Below, one piece after another: positions 48,508 through 57,858 of a DNA stretch of 64,000 nt (the first letter of the stretch is position 1; each line of letters begins with the position of its first letter). The notes beneath the pieces were generated by a model. It was given only the letters and a program-made list of their open reading frames with translations. It searched no databases and was not told the DNA's origin. The translations under genes were made by a program, and so were the position numbers. Source of the DNA: Candidatus Doudnabacteria bacterium (lineage in GTDB: Bacteria; Patescibacteriota; Doudnabacteria; UBA920); NCBI GenBank assembly GCA_963768175.1, contig CAVYGQ010000001.1:574305-638304 (forward strand), in the 5' to 3' direction.

Positions 48508-48693
48508 TCAGCGCACCTTGGCCGTGACCAACTTTCGCTGGACGGCGAAGACCAGCACCAGGCCGATGAGGTTGAGGACGACGCCGATGAAAAACCACCC
48601 CACCGGGTCCCGTCCTTTGGTTTTCGCAACCCAGGCGGCGACTACGCCGAACAGGATGCAGGTAACCACGTACAATGCGTAAGTACTTGGCAT
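48508..48693 (-). CDS. 61-aa two-TM small membrane protein
   Basis: MPSTYALYVVTCILFGVVAAWVAKTKGRDPVGWFFIGVVLNLIGLVLVFAVQRK. Confidence 0.35.
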   Translation of the reverse strand: MPSTYALYVVTCILFGVVAAWVAKTKGRDPVGWFFIGVVLNLIGLVLVFAVQRKLVTAKVR

Positions 48694-49035
48694 TGAGTTT
48701 ATCCTCTTTCTCTTTCTGAACGTACCGGCTTTAAGGCCGGCTCTGCCCGTATTCCGATGGAATCCGAACATAGTAAGCCCTAAATGTCAAAAATATGGCA
48801 ACCTTTAGTGGACTAATTATAGTATGCCAGAAAATAGCTCTTGTCAATAACGATTATTGGACAATTATCAATCCTAAAATCAAAAAAAACCGAACTATTT
48901 TCAAATAAAAAAGAATGGTCAAAAGAAAAACAGCAGGACGGTGAAGGTAAATACACTTCACGCACCTGCTGTTTAAAAGACTCCCCCCATCGGTGTTCCA
49001 ATTTTGTACGAAACATGAAGGTGAAAAACCCCTAC

Positions 49036-49875
49036 CTACTTGAACAAGCCACGGAGCCAGCTCGGCAGGCTGTCCACCCACCGTGACAATGGGCTGAAAC
49101 CTACCAGTCCCAAGTAGTTGTCTACTTGGTCGTGCGGCAGATTCAGCAAGAAGTCCAACTGCCGGACGTCGCCTTGCAGTTTGTCCTGCACCGCTTGCCA
49201 GAACTGCGGGGCTTTGACTGGGCCAAGATGCTTGAGGTAGGCCTGGACTTTCGGGTTCAGCTCCGGGTCTTGAGCGACCTGCGAAATCAGCAAGGGATCA
49301 GGCTCTGGCCGCTTGGCTTTGTCCGTATTTGCCGGAACGATGTTAGCGAGAAGGTCTAATTCTCGAGAATCGCCTTTCACCATTTCTTCCAGCATGCCGT
49401 CACCGATGCTGGCAACGACCTGGTGGAAGGAGCTCCTCTGTTCTAGGGTCAGAGCAGTGTACCATGCCAGAAATTGTTGACGTTTCTGCGCGTCCTGGAC
49501 GTTTTGTAGCACTGCCTGGACTCGCTGGATTTGCTGCAGGTCTTGGGCCAGAATCTGGGTATTGCGTTGTTTCCTCGTGGATTCCGACTTCTGTTCCTCA
49601 CGGAGGACAACCAGGACTTCCTGTATTACTAAATCCTGGAATTGTTGGAAGGCTGAGTGCCCTCTGAATTTGAGAGTAAACCTGGAAAGCACTTGTCTGG
49701 CGAATTCCAAGTCTTCCTCGTGGTCCAGCAACAGTTGCCTGATGTCTGACGGCAATTGTCTGGTTAGCGCCAAGGCCAAGGGTCTCTTAAACCGGTTGGA
49801 AGCCCAGTCGCTGAAATTTCCGGGTGGCTCTACCCTTTCCCGTACTCCATTCTTTTCATGGGGTGGAGTATGCAT
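49036..49875 (-). CDS. hypothetical Gln/Leu-rich alpha-helical protein
   Basis: 279-aa ORF, no recognised domain. Confidence 0.4.
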   Translation of the reverse strand: MHTPPHEKNGVRERVEPPGNFSDWASNRFKRPLALALTRQLPSDIRQLLLDHEEDLEFARQVLSRFTLKFRGHSAFQQFQDLVIQEVLVVLREEQKSESTRKQRNTQILAQDLQQIQRVQAVLQNVQDAQKRQQFLAWYTALTLEQRSSFHQVVASIGDGMLEEMVKGDSRELDLLANIVPANTDKAKRPEPDPLLISQVAQDPELNPKVQAYLKHLGPVKAPQFWQAVQDKLQGDVRQLDFLLNLPHDQVDNYLGLVGFSPLSRWVDSLPSWLRGLFK

Positions 49876-49975
49876 AACCCCTCCTTTCTAATCTAGGCTA
49901 ACTTTACACCATATCAAAAAACCCGCTTCTAGTCAAGAGAAACGGATTCTTATATTTGTCTTATTTAAAACTTTT

Positions 49976-51223
49976 TTACGGCAAAAACGATTTAAACCAC
50001 TTTCTTACCTTAGCCACGCTTTGGTTGCTTAAGATTCTTTTAATCGCGTCTCCCAAGCTCGCGCCGGAAGGGGAAGCATATTTGTTGCCCCATAAAACCA
50101 ATCCCGCGGCCGTGGCAAAACAGGGATCGTTGACCCGGTCAATAATTGTCGTGACATTTTCCGGCCGGCCCAAAACAGAAGGCAGGCGCAGATGCTTTTT
50201 GGAAAACTCCACCACGCCCGGCAAATTGGCGCCGCCGCCGGTTAAGACAATGCCAGCCGGCAGTTTGCCGTCGCGCTGGATTTTTTTTAGCTCGCTGTTA
50301 ACATAAGCAAAAATTTCCTCCAGCCGCGCTTCAATAATTTCCACCACATATCCGCGTATTGTTGCCTGGTCCTCGTTTTTGTCCAGGCGGGACAAATCTA
50401 TTTCCTCGTTTTTATCCACGGCTTTAAGGTCGCAGTGGCCAAATTGCAGTTTAACTTTTTCCGCGGTTTCAATACTGCACCGCAGGCCAATGGCAATATC
50501 GTTGGTAATGTGGCTGCAGCCCAAGGGCAAAACCGCGGTGTGCAGCAAATCCCCTTCCTCATAAACCGCCATTCCGGTGGTGCCGGCGCCCAAATCCACT
50601 ACGCAGACGCCCAAATCTTTTTGGCGTTTTTTTAACACGCTCTCGGCCGCGGCGCAAGGAGCCAAGACTAAATCTTCTATTTCCAAACCGGCCTGCATAA
50701 TGGCTTTGGTCAGATTTTTTACAAACGGCACGCCGGCTTGGACGATAATCGTGTCCACTTCCAAGCGGATACCGCTCATGCCTAAAGGATCTTTAATGCC
50801 GGTTTGGCCGTCTAAGGTAAAGCTTTTGGGGAAAACATGCAGGACTTCCTTATTGCTGGGAATGGAGATGGCCTGGCTGGCGTCTATGCAGCGGATAATG
50901 TCGTTCTCGGAAATTTCCCCGTCGGCGCGGGAAACGGCAATTACGCCGTGGGACTGCAGCGAGGAAATATGGTTGCCGCCCACCGAAACATTGGCCGAAA
51001 CCACTGGCACTCCGGTCATGCGCTCAACTTTTTCCAGGCCCGAGGATATTGCCGAGACCGCTTCTTCTATGTCCACAATTACGCCGCGGCGCATGCCAAA
51101 ACTGGGCGCTTCGCCGGCGCCGATAATGCTAAAACTGCCAGTTTCCCTATCCAGCTTGGCCTGCACCACGCGCACACTGGCCGTACCTACGTCCACTCCA
51201 ACGATATATCGTTCCTTCGCCAT
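49976..51223 (-). CDS. ftsA: cell division protein FtsA
   Basis: Actin-fold motifs VGVDVGT, VVDLGAGTT, LTGGGANLPG. Confidence 0.9.
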   Translation of the reverse strand: MAKERYIVGVDVGTASVRVVQAKLDRETGSFSIIGAGEAPSFGMRRGVIVDIEEAVSAISSGLEKVERMTGVPVVSANVSVGGNHISSLQSHGVIAVSRADGEISENDIIRCIDASQAISIPSNKEVLHVFPKSFTLDGQTGIKDPLGMSGIRLEVDTIIVQAGVPFVKNLTKAIMQAGLEIEDLVLAPCAAAESVLKKRQKDLGVCVVDLGAGTTGMAVYEEGDLLHTAVLPLGCSHITNDIAIGLRCSIETAEKVKLQFGHCDLKAVDKNEEIDLSRLDKNEDQATIRGYVVEIIEARLEEIFAYVNSELKKIQRDGKLPAGIVLTGGGANLPGVVEFSKKHLRLPSVLGRPENVTTIIDRVNDPCFATAAGLVLWGNKYASPSGASLGDAIKRILSNQSVAKVRKWFKSFLP

Positions 51224-51242
51224 AACTTTTTGTTTCGAAAGT

Positions 51243-51400
51243 TTAGTAAAAAATAAGTACCTATTTGCAAAACCCTAAAATCTAAACCTCTAAATACTAA
51301 ACAAATCGCAAATCTTAAAATATAAACTTGCCCCGTTTAAAATTTTAGCCCCAGTTTATAATTTAGAATTTGTTTAGAGTTTAGTTTTTAGAATTTAGTA
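51243..51400. repeat. AT-rich inverted-repeat element, CTAAACAAAT family copy 2
   Basis: CTAAAATCTAAACCTCTAAATACTAAACAAAT...AATTTAGAATTTGTTTAGAGTTTAG. Confidence 0.6.
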
Positions 51401-51401
51401 T

Positions 51402-51884
51402 TTACTTGAGCCGCTCCTTGAGTAGCTTTGCCATTAAAGCACCGTCCGCATTTTGGCCGACTTTGCCTTTTAACTGCCCCATAGCCTTGCCGAAATCCGC
51501 GGCGGTAAAACTGTTTCGCGCGATTATTTCATCTATTGTTTTTAAAATATCCGCTTCCGACATCTGCTGGGGCAAATAGCCTTCCAAAATTTTGGCTTCG
51601 GCCAACTCTTTTTCCGCCATCTCGCTCCGCCCGCCGGCCATAAAACCTTCCACGGCTTCTTTGCGGCGCTTGATTTCCGATTTCACCAAAGCGATAATCT
51701 CATTTTCTGTTAATTCTTTCTTGCCGGGACTTGTTTGGGATCCTTCACTTCGCTTGGGACGGCCTGCGGCCGTTTTTTCGTTTTGCAACCGAGTCTTTAA
51801 ACCGCGCAAAGTGTCTGTGGCAAGCTGGTTTCTTGCCTTCATTGCCGCGGTTAAATCGGATTCTATTTGGGATAAAGAAAGCAT
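51402..51884 (-). CDS. GatB/YqeY domain protein carrying an in-frame repeat-element insert
   Basis: YqeY family. Segment AAGRPKRSEGSQTSPGKKE is encoded by GTCCCAAGCGAAGTGAAGGATCCCAAACAAGTCCCGGC, a member of the GTCCCGAGCG...GAAGGATCC family. Confidence 0.7.
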   Translation of the reverse strand: MLSLSQIESDLTAAMKARNQLATDTLRGLKTRLQNEKTAAGRPKRSEGSQTSPGKKELTENEIIALVKSEIKRRKEAVEGFMAGGRSEMAEKELAEAKILEGYLPQQMSEADILKTIDEIIARNSFTAADFGKAMGQLKGKVGQNADGALMAKLLKERLK

Positions 51885-51928
51885 GAAGAAATAAAAATTT
51901 AAAAATCAAAGTGCAAAACGATGCTTCA

Positions 51929-51977
51929 GCATCGTCCCGAACGTTAGTGAAGGATCCCTCGCTTCGCTCGGGACGGC
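51929..51977. repeat. GTCCCGAACG...GAAGGATCCCTCGCTTCGCTCGGGAC hairpin repeat
   Basis: Outer inverted repeat CGTCCCGAACG / CGCTCGGGACG. Relatives at 52950-53025 and inside yqeY. Confidence 0.6.
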
Positions 51978-52022
51978 ATAAATGCCGTTGTTAATTTTGA
52001 TATTTACATTTTAAATTATTTT

Positions 52023-52271
52023 TTACCTCCGTCCATATCTCTTAGTCGGAACTAATTTGCCCATTTTCTTTAACTCTTCCTTTTGGGCTTTTATCTGGCT
52101 GCGCCTGCGCGCCGCCACTTTTTGCAAATTTCTGGACTTGGGCGGCTCAAAAAAACGGATTTTGCGGGCGCGAATAAGCACGCCGCTTTGTTGGATTTTG
52201 CGGTTAAATCGGCGCAATAAACTATCAAAAGATTCGTTGTCTTTTTTCTTAACTTCTACCAATGCGTTCAC
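52023..52271 (-). CDS. rpsU: 30S ribosomal protein S21
   Basis: 82 aa; FDSLLRRFNRKIQQSGVL...RRRSQIKAQKEELKK. Confidence 0.85.
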   Translation of the reverse strand: MNALVEVKKKDNESFDSLLRRFNRKIQQSGVLIRARKIRFFEPPKSRNLQKVAARRRSQIKAQKEELKKMGKLVPTKRYGRR

Positions 52272-52333
52272 TCTCCTTTCGCACTTTAAGTTATTTTGAT
52301 TATAACAAGATTAATTATTTTTGGCAAACAAAT

Positions 52334-52475
52334 TGGCGCCATCCTGAGCCCGAATGCATCTGCCTTTCGACTTTGCTCAAGACACCCTGAGCGTAGCCGA
52401 ATGGGTGAGGGCGAAGGATCTCATCAAAGGTTAAGAGATCCTTCGGTCGGATGCACTCCCTCAGGATGACGCTGA
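52334..52475. repeat. two inverted copies of the GGCGYCATCCTGAGCCCGAATGCATC...GAAGGATCTC repeat
   Basis: GGCGCCATCCTGAGCCCGAATGCATCTGCC...GAGGGCGAAGGATCTC and AGAGATCCTTCGGTCGGATGCACTCCCTCAGGATGACGC. Confidence 0.65.
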
Positions 52476-52576
52476 TGGTTAACTGATAATTAAACCAACT
52501 ATTAATATAATACAATAAAAATTACTATAACCTTGTTTTGTTATAGTTATTAATTATGAATTATTGTTATCTTCCC

Positions 52577-52912
52577 CTACTCTTCCATCAGCTTGCCGCC
52601 CAAAAGATGCAGATGCAGGTGCGGAATTACCTGGCCGCCATCTCTGCCAACGTTAAAAATCAGCTTATAGCCTGTTTCGCCAACGCCATACTTTATAGCC
52701 ATATTTTTGGCCACTACCACCATTTCGCCAACTAAAGGCTCGTCCACAGCTTCGGTGTGGGTAATGCTTAAAATATGCTTTTTGGGCACAATCAGCAAAT
52801 GCACCGGCGCTTTAGGCAAGATGTCCTTAATGACAATTAAACGCTCATTCTCAAAAAGGATTTGGGATTCAATGGTGCGGTTAATAATGTTACAAAATAC
52901 GCAATCGTCCAT
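52577..52912 (-). CDS. HIT family hydrolase
   Basis: Histidine triad HLHLHLL. Confidence 0.85.
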   Translation of the reverse strand: MDDCVFCNIINRTIESQILFENERLIVIKDILPKAPVHLLIVPKKHILSITHTEAVDEPLVGEMVVVAKNMAIKYGVGETGYKLIFNVGRDGGQVIPHLHLHLLGGKLMEE

Positions 52913-52914
52913 AA

Positions 52915-53090
52915 ATTTAATGACAAAAATTAAAAAATTAAATAAATGACAAAAACGGCAGTTTGCTGCCGTCCCGAACGGAGTGAGGGATCCCTCAACT
53001 TCGTTTCGGGACGATAGCTATTAATATAAAAATAAGGTTTATCGTTTTTATTATTTTTGCTCAATTTTGTCATTTTTGCTCATTATTTAA
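52915..53090. repeat. TGACAAAAAT inverted-repeat element (copy 2) with a nested GTCCCGAACGGAGTGAGGGATCCCTC...TTCGGGAC repeat
   Basis: Arms TAATGACAAAAATTAAAAAATTAAATAAATGACAAAA and TTTTTGCTCAATTTTGTCATTTTTGCTCATT. The 25912-26020 copy lacks the nested element. Confidence 0.6.
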
Positions 53091-53091
53091 G

Positions 53092-54394
53092 CTATCTTCC
53101 CAGCCTCTTCTTGACCTCTGATACTATTTTATCATAAGATATGATTTCCTGCATCCCGCTCTTTACATCCCGCAATATCACCATTTCTTCCATGGCCTCC
53201 TTCTGCCCCATAATTAAGGCTATGGGAGCATGAAAACTTTCCGCCTGCTTTAACTGGTTCTTGACTTCCGACGTTGCCGAAGTGGTCGTAAACGGAAATT
53301 TTTTCCGCTGTTAAATCACGGAAGAGGCGCAAAGCCTTTTTCGCGGCCAACTCGCCGAGCGGGACCAAAAAAACATCATTACTCTGTTTTTGGCTGACAA
53401 CGGTCCTGGAGTTTTCCAAAAGTTCATGGATTTTGGACAAACTGCCCACAAAACCAAAACAGCAGTAATTTTTGCCGCACAAATTTTGCATCAAGCTATC
53501 GTGATAGCCTCCCTCGCCCAAAATTATGGTCTCGCCTTTGAGCTTGGATTTAATAACCAAATTGGTTTTGCCCGATCCATCAGGACCGACGTAAAGCGGG
53601 TTCAACTGGTAAGGCACGCCCAGTTCGTCTAAAGCCTCCAAAATATTGGTAAAATGTTTGCGCGATTCCTCATCCAAAAAATCCAAAACTGTTGGCGCTT
53701 CCGAAAATAAGGCCTGACAATCTAAATTGCCGCAGCGGAACACATTTAACACCCTGCCCTGCAAATGCTCGTTGCAATTATCGCAAAGCTGATACTTTTT
53801 AGCCACCAAATAATCCTGCAAAGTTTGGCTGTAAGCCAACTGGCAGTCCTCCTTGCCAAGAGAATTAATTTCCAACACGCTGTCTTTTAAGCCTAAGCCT
53901 AGCAAAAATTCCCAAACCGAACCGATAACCTGGGCTTCAGTTAAGTGGTTAAACTGGCCAAAAACCTCGAAATTGAACTGGTAATCGGAAACTAAATTTT
54001 CGTTTTCATCGCGCTTGACCGTAAATCCCGAAGCAGCCCATTTGCTTAACGGGGATTTTTCATAAACCTTGCGCTGATAATAAGCCCGAAGCAGCCCAGG
54101 CAAAAAGTCGCCGCGGATAACGGCCTGATCCTGTTTTCTGATTTGTACCGAAAGGAAATTCTTAAGGAGTTTGGGGTTGGTCTTATAAAAATTTTCATAG
54201 AGCCGGAGGTCTTCTAATAAAGGCGTTTCCACTTTTTCAAAGCCATAAATTCTGGAAAGCTTGGTAAAACGCCTTAAAATCGCGTCCCACAAAATGTCGG
54301 TTTCGCCGACTATGTCTTCCAGAAAATCCAAACTTTGGACTTTTTTGGGAGAATACCCGGCCGCCGTACTCTGATTTTTTTTTGGTCTGCCCAT
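53092..54394 (-). CDS. hisS: histidyl-tRNA synthetase-like class II aaRS with an apparent frameshift at an A-run near 53292
   Basis: Motifs IRGDFLPGLLRAYY, ILGEGGYHDSLMQNL, FGFVGSLSKIHELL. The HisRS-like anticodon-binding C-terminus (FHAPIALIMGQKEAMEEMVILRDVKSGMQEIISYD) continues in another frame down to ~53092. Confidence 0.55.
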
Positions 54395-54479
54395 AAGAAA
54401 TATCTGCTATCTTTAATCCTTCATCCTTTACCTCTATACCATCAAGGATAAAAGATAAAGGATAAATGATACTTATTGG

Positions 54480-55127
54480 CTAATATGTCGGCGTGCGGGA
54501 AATCCCAAAATCGCTGAAAGGGAAAACTTTCAACCAAACTTTGCCGATTATTAGGTCGCGCGGCAAAATCCCCCAGACCCTAGAGTCCGAGCTGGCCGTG
54601 CGGTTATCGCCCAAAACAAAATATTCATCGCTGCCGAGGGGATTTTGCATTGACTGCCCCAAAGTTTCCACGCCGGCAAGAATATATGGTTCGCGCAATT
54701 TCAAGCCCTGCGGGTACTGGCTATTAAAAATATATACACTGCCATCGGATTGTGCCTTCGGATCACAATTCTGGTTAAAACACACCTTCTCCCCCGGGAG
54801 GCCGATGACTCTTTTTATAAAAAACTGTGACGGGTCTTTGGGAAAACGCAAAACTATGACATCGCCCCGCTGGGGATTGCCGAACGCGTAAGTCAACCGA
54901 TTAACTATTAAGTAATCATCGTCATGGAAATTCGGAAGCATGGAAGAGCCGGAAACCACAAAAGGTTCAGCTACAAAAGTTCGGAACGGGATGATAATTA
55001 CCAAGGCAATAACTAAGATTTTGACCAAATCCCAAATAAAAGCCCCAATGGCATGCCAAGAAGAACCGTTGTTTTGGCCTTCCTGATTTTTGTTTTGACT
55101 TTCGCCTGCCCCGTTAAAATTTACCAT
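54480..55127 (-). CDS. lepB: signal peptidase I
   Basis: SGSSMLP, KRVIGLPGE, VLGDNRTASSDSR boxes. Confidence 0.85.
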   Translation of the reverse strand: MVNFNGAGESQNKNQEGQNNGSSWHAIGAFIWDLVKILVIALVIIIPFRTFVAEPFVVSGSSMLPNFHDDDYLIVNRLTYAFGNPQRGDVIVLRFPKDPSQFFIKRVIGLPGEKVCFNQNCDPKAQSDGSVYIFNSQYPQGLKLREPYILAGVETLGQSMQNPLGSDEYFVLGDNRTASSDSRVWGILPRDLIIGKVWLKVFPFSDFGISRTPTY

Positions 55128-55486
55128 ATTTTTTGATAACTTGATTGTTTATGATAGACATCCCATCCACTAAAACCTTTTTGCTTTAACTTCTAACGAG
55201 GTTCATAAAAAATTAATTTAGAGATTATATAAGGTTATTTTACCCCCACACCAAAATATGTAAAGTCAAAATTGTTCAATAATGATGAGCAGGATGATTA
55301 TAAATGAGCGGTAAAAATTATGCAAACCCTCGTTTTTGTGTGGGGGTGTAGGGATATTTTAAGATTGGTCAAGGGGCATGCCGATAGTATGGAACTCGCC
55401 CCGTCATCCGACGGGGCGCCCTATCGAATGATAGGGCGAACCTGCGACCTTTGCAATGCTTGCCCCGTTAAATTATTATTCGGATT

Positions 55487-55520
55487 TCTGGTGGACGCGA
55501 CAGGACTCGGACCGGTGACC
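55487..55520 (-). other. degenerate duplicate of the tRNA-Val 3' half (AGGTCACCGGTCCGAGTCCTGTCGCGTCCACCA)
   Basis: Similar to the variable loop/T-arm/acceptor 3' strand/CCA of the adjacent tRNA-Val, but the T-stem no longer pairs. Confidence 0.3.
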
Positions 55521-55539
55521 TTTTTCACCCCGTCACCTA

Positions 55540-55616
55540 TGGTGGACAATACTGGACTCGAACCAGTGACCTCTGCAATGTGAATGCAGCGCTCTAACCA
55601 GCTGAGCTAATTGTCC
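55540..55616 (-). tRNA. tRNA-Val (anticodon CAC)
   Basis: GGACAAT...ATTGTCC acceptor, D-arm GCTCAGCTGGTTAGAGC, anticodon stem CTGCA/TGCAG with loop TTCACAT, T-loop GGTTCGAGTCC, CCA encoded. Confidence 0.75.
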
Positions 55617-56103
55617 ATGCATAGGTGACGGGGCGGGTGTGAATCAAACGCTCTAACTTCACCCCGTCCCAATTCCCTTAACTAACCAGTCTTCAAATGA
55701 TATAAATTGCTACAAAGATAATCTTGTCGCAAAAAAATAATTTATGGGAATTGGGACGGGGCAAGGCTGAGCTAAATGCCCAAAATTCAGATATTTTCCG
55801 TATGCTGCGTAAAATATACCACCATTTTAGGCTTAATTGCAAGCCCTTGCAAAGCCAAAAAGACTTTTTGTGCAACACAAAGAGTCTTTTTGGCCACTCT
55901 TTGGCCACAAGGCTTAACTATTTGAGGTTTTTCAGCTATAATTACAAGTAATCCTGCAATAAAAGCCTGTTGCCGAATGGGCTTTTAAAACGAAATTTGA
56001 AAATTTTGAGGCAGTCGGGCAAAATAAATTTTGATGTTTACCTGAAAGGTAAACTGAAAAATTTTTTTGGGCGAATGACCAAAATTTTAGAATTGCGGTC
56101 AAA

Positions 56104-57681
56104 ATGCCATTCGGCAACAGGCTCCATCATACTATGCCGAATCTCGATTCCATTAACCCAAAAAAACCTTCCCTGCCGCCCAAAATTATAATTTCCGCGG
56201 TTCCCAACAAACCCAGGCAGGCCAGCCTGCTTGGGCGGGGGCAAAAAAAATCCGGTAGAAGAATTTTAAAAAAGGTTCTTTTGTCCGTGGTCTGTTTGAT
56301 TGTAATTTTAAGCGCAATCGTACTGGTAAGGGCGGGCAATTTATCGCAAAAAATTTTTGTCGGCCAAAAAACCACTTTTTTTGGCAAAATTGTAGATTTG
56401 ATTAGGGGTGGCGGGGACAACGGCCAGCTTATCGGCGAAGATTTGGGGCAGATTAATGTTTTGCTTTTGGGTATAGGCGGAGAAGGGCACGACGGCCCTT
56501 ACTTAACGGACACGATGATTCTGGCGCAAATCCGCCCGGACATCGGTGAAGTTACCCTGACCTCCATCCCCCGCGACTATTGGTCCGACATGCCCCAAGG
56601 CGGCCAGGATAAAATTAACTCCGCCTTTGCTTACGGGCTTGGTGAGAATATGGACTGGGACCAGGCAGGCTTATATTCCCGCGAGGTGGCGCAAAACCTT
56701 ACCGGATTGCAAATCCCCTATTTTGCCGTTATGGATTTTTCGGGGTTTGAAAAAGCCGTGGACCAGGTGGGTGGTTTGGATGTTACCGTTGACCGCACCT
56801 TTACCGACTCGCAGTACCCCGACAGCGGCACCGGCTATCTGCCCCCGATTACTTTTACCGCCGGCCCCCAGCATATGGATGGCACCCGGGCGCTGGAGTT
56901 TGTGCGCTCGCGCCACGCCGCGGGAATTGAAGGCGGTGATTTTGCCCGCAGCCTGCGCCAGCAAAAAATTATAGACGCCTTCAAGCAAAAAGCCTTAAGC
57001 GGCAACCTTATAAGCAACGCCAGTAATTTAAATTCTTTGCTGGGGATTTTTGCCGACCACTTCCACATCAATATGACGCCTTCGGAAATTTACCGGGTTT
57101 ACACCTTAACCAAAGACAAAAATATGCAAACGCTGTCTTTAAGTTTGGATCCGGATACGGGCCTTATTTGCCCCGAAATTTTGGCAAGCAACGGAGCCTA
57201 TGTGCTTACCCCCTGCCCGGGCAAAAGCATAGAGGATGTCCAAAACTTTTTCAAGAACAGTTTCAGCATCGGAAAGCTGAAATCGGAACAAAGCACCGTC
57301 TGGCTGGCCAGCTCGACCGGCAACAAGGAGGCTTACAATACGGCTTTTCGGCAGCTCACCGACGCAGGGCTAATGGTTTACCAGCTTTCTTACAGTAATG
57401 ACAATTTGCCGCAAACTATTGTCTATCAGGTTAACCCCAAACCCGCCACTACGGAGTTCATAAAAAATACCCTAAACGCGACCGAGGTAACTTTGCCGCC
57501 GCCCGACGTAACGGTCACCAAAACAAAAGTAGACGTAATTATAGTGCTGGGCCAAAACGCGCCAGTTGAGCCCGCGCCCGCTCCTTACGTTGCGCCGCCG
57601 GCAAAAGAGCCGAGCACGACCACAAGCACCTTGGACAGTACTGCTTCAACAACCACGAAGGCTTCCACAACAATGCCTTAA
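56104..57681 (+). CDS. LytR-CpsA-Psr (LCP) family cell-envelope protein
   Basis: N-terminal TM. LCP motifs LLLGIGGEGHDGPYLTDTMIL, SIPRD, RSRH. Ser/Thr/Pro-rich tail. Confidence 0.8.
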   Translation: MPFGNRLHHTMPNLDSINPKKPSLPPKIIISAVPNKPRQASLLGRGQKKSGRRILKKVLLSVVCLIVILSAIVLVRAGNLSQKIFVGQKTTFFGKIVDLIRGGGDNGQLIGEDLGQINVLLLGIGGEGHDGPYLTDTMILAQIRPDIGEVTLTSIPRDYWSDMPQGGQDKINSAFAYGLGENMDWDQAGLYSREVAQNLTGLQIPYFAVMDFSGFEKAVDQVGGLDVTVDRTFTDSQYPDSGTGYLPPITFTAGPQHMDGTRALEFVRSRHAAGIEGGDFARSLRQQKIIDAFKQKALSGNLISNASNLNSLLGIFADHFHINMTPSEIYRVYTLTKDKNMQTLSLSLDPDTGLICPEILASNGAYVLTPCPGKSIEDVQNFFKNSFSIGKLKSEQSTVWLASSTGNKEAYNTAFRQLTDAGLMVYQLSYSNDNLPQTIVYQVNPKPATTEFIKNTLNATEVTLPPPDVTVTKTKVDVIIVLGQNAPVEPAPAPYVAPPAKEPSTTTSTLDSTASTTTKASTTMP

Positions 57682-57684
57682 AAA

Positions 57685-57835
57685 AGTAAAGTCTAAATTC
57701 TAAACCTCTAAAAACTAAACAAATACCCAAAATCTAAAATACCAAAAGTTTAAACCGTTTAAAAATTTGGAGATTTAAACTTTGTTTAGCATTTAGATTT
57801 TAGTGTTTAATTTTTTATCAAAAATCGCAAAAAAC
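57685..57835. repeat. AT-rich inverted-repeat element, CTAAACAAAT family copy 3
   Basis: TCTAAATTCTAAACCTCTAAAAACTAAACAAAT...CTTTGTTTAGCATTTAGATTTTAG. Confidence 0.6.
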
Positions 57836-57858
57836 TTTTTATTTAAAACGTTAACGAA

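Noticed and set aside
52315-52515. 66-aa minus ORF
   Set aside because: Composed entirely of the paired hairpin repeats at 52334-52475.
55320-55583. 87-aa plus ORF
   Set aside because: Covers the tRNA-Val gene and the GC-rich structured tRNA-like region. No ribosome-binding site.
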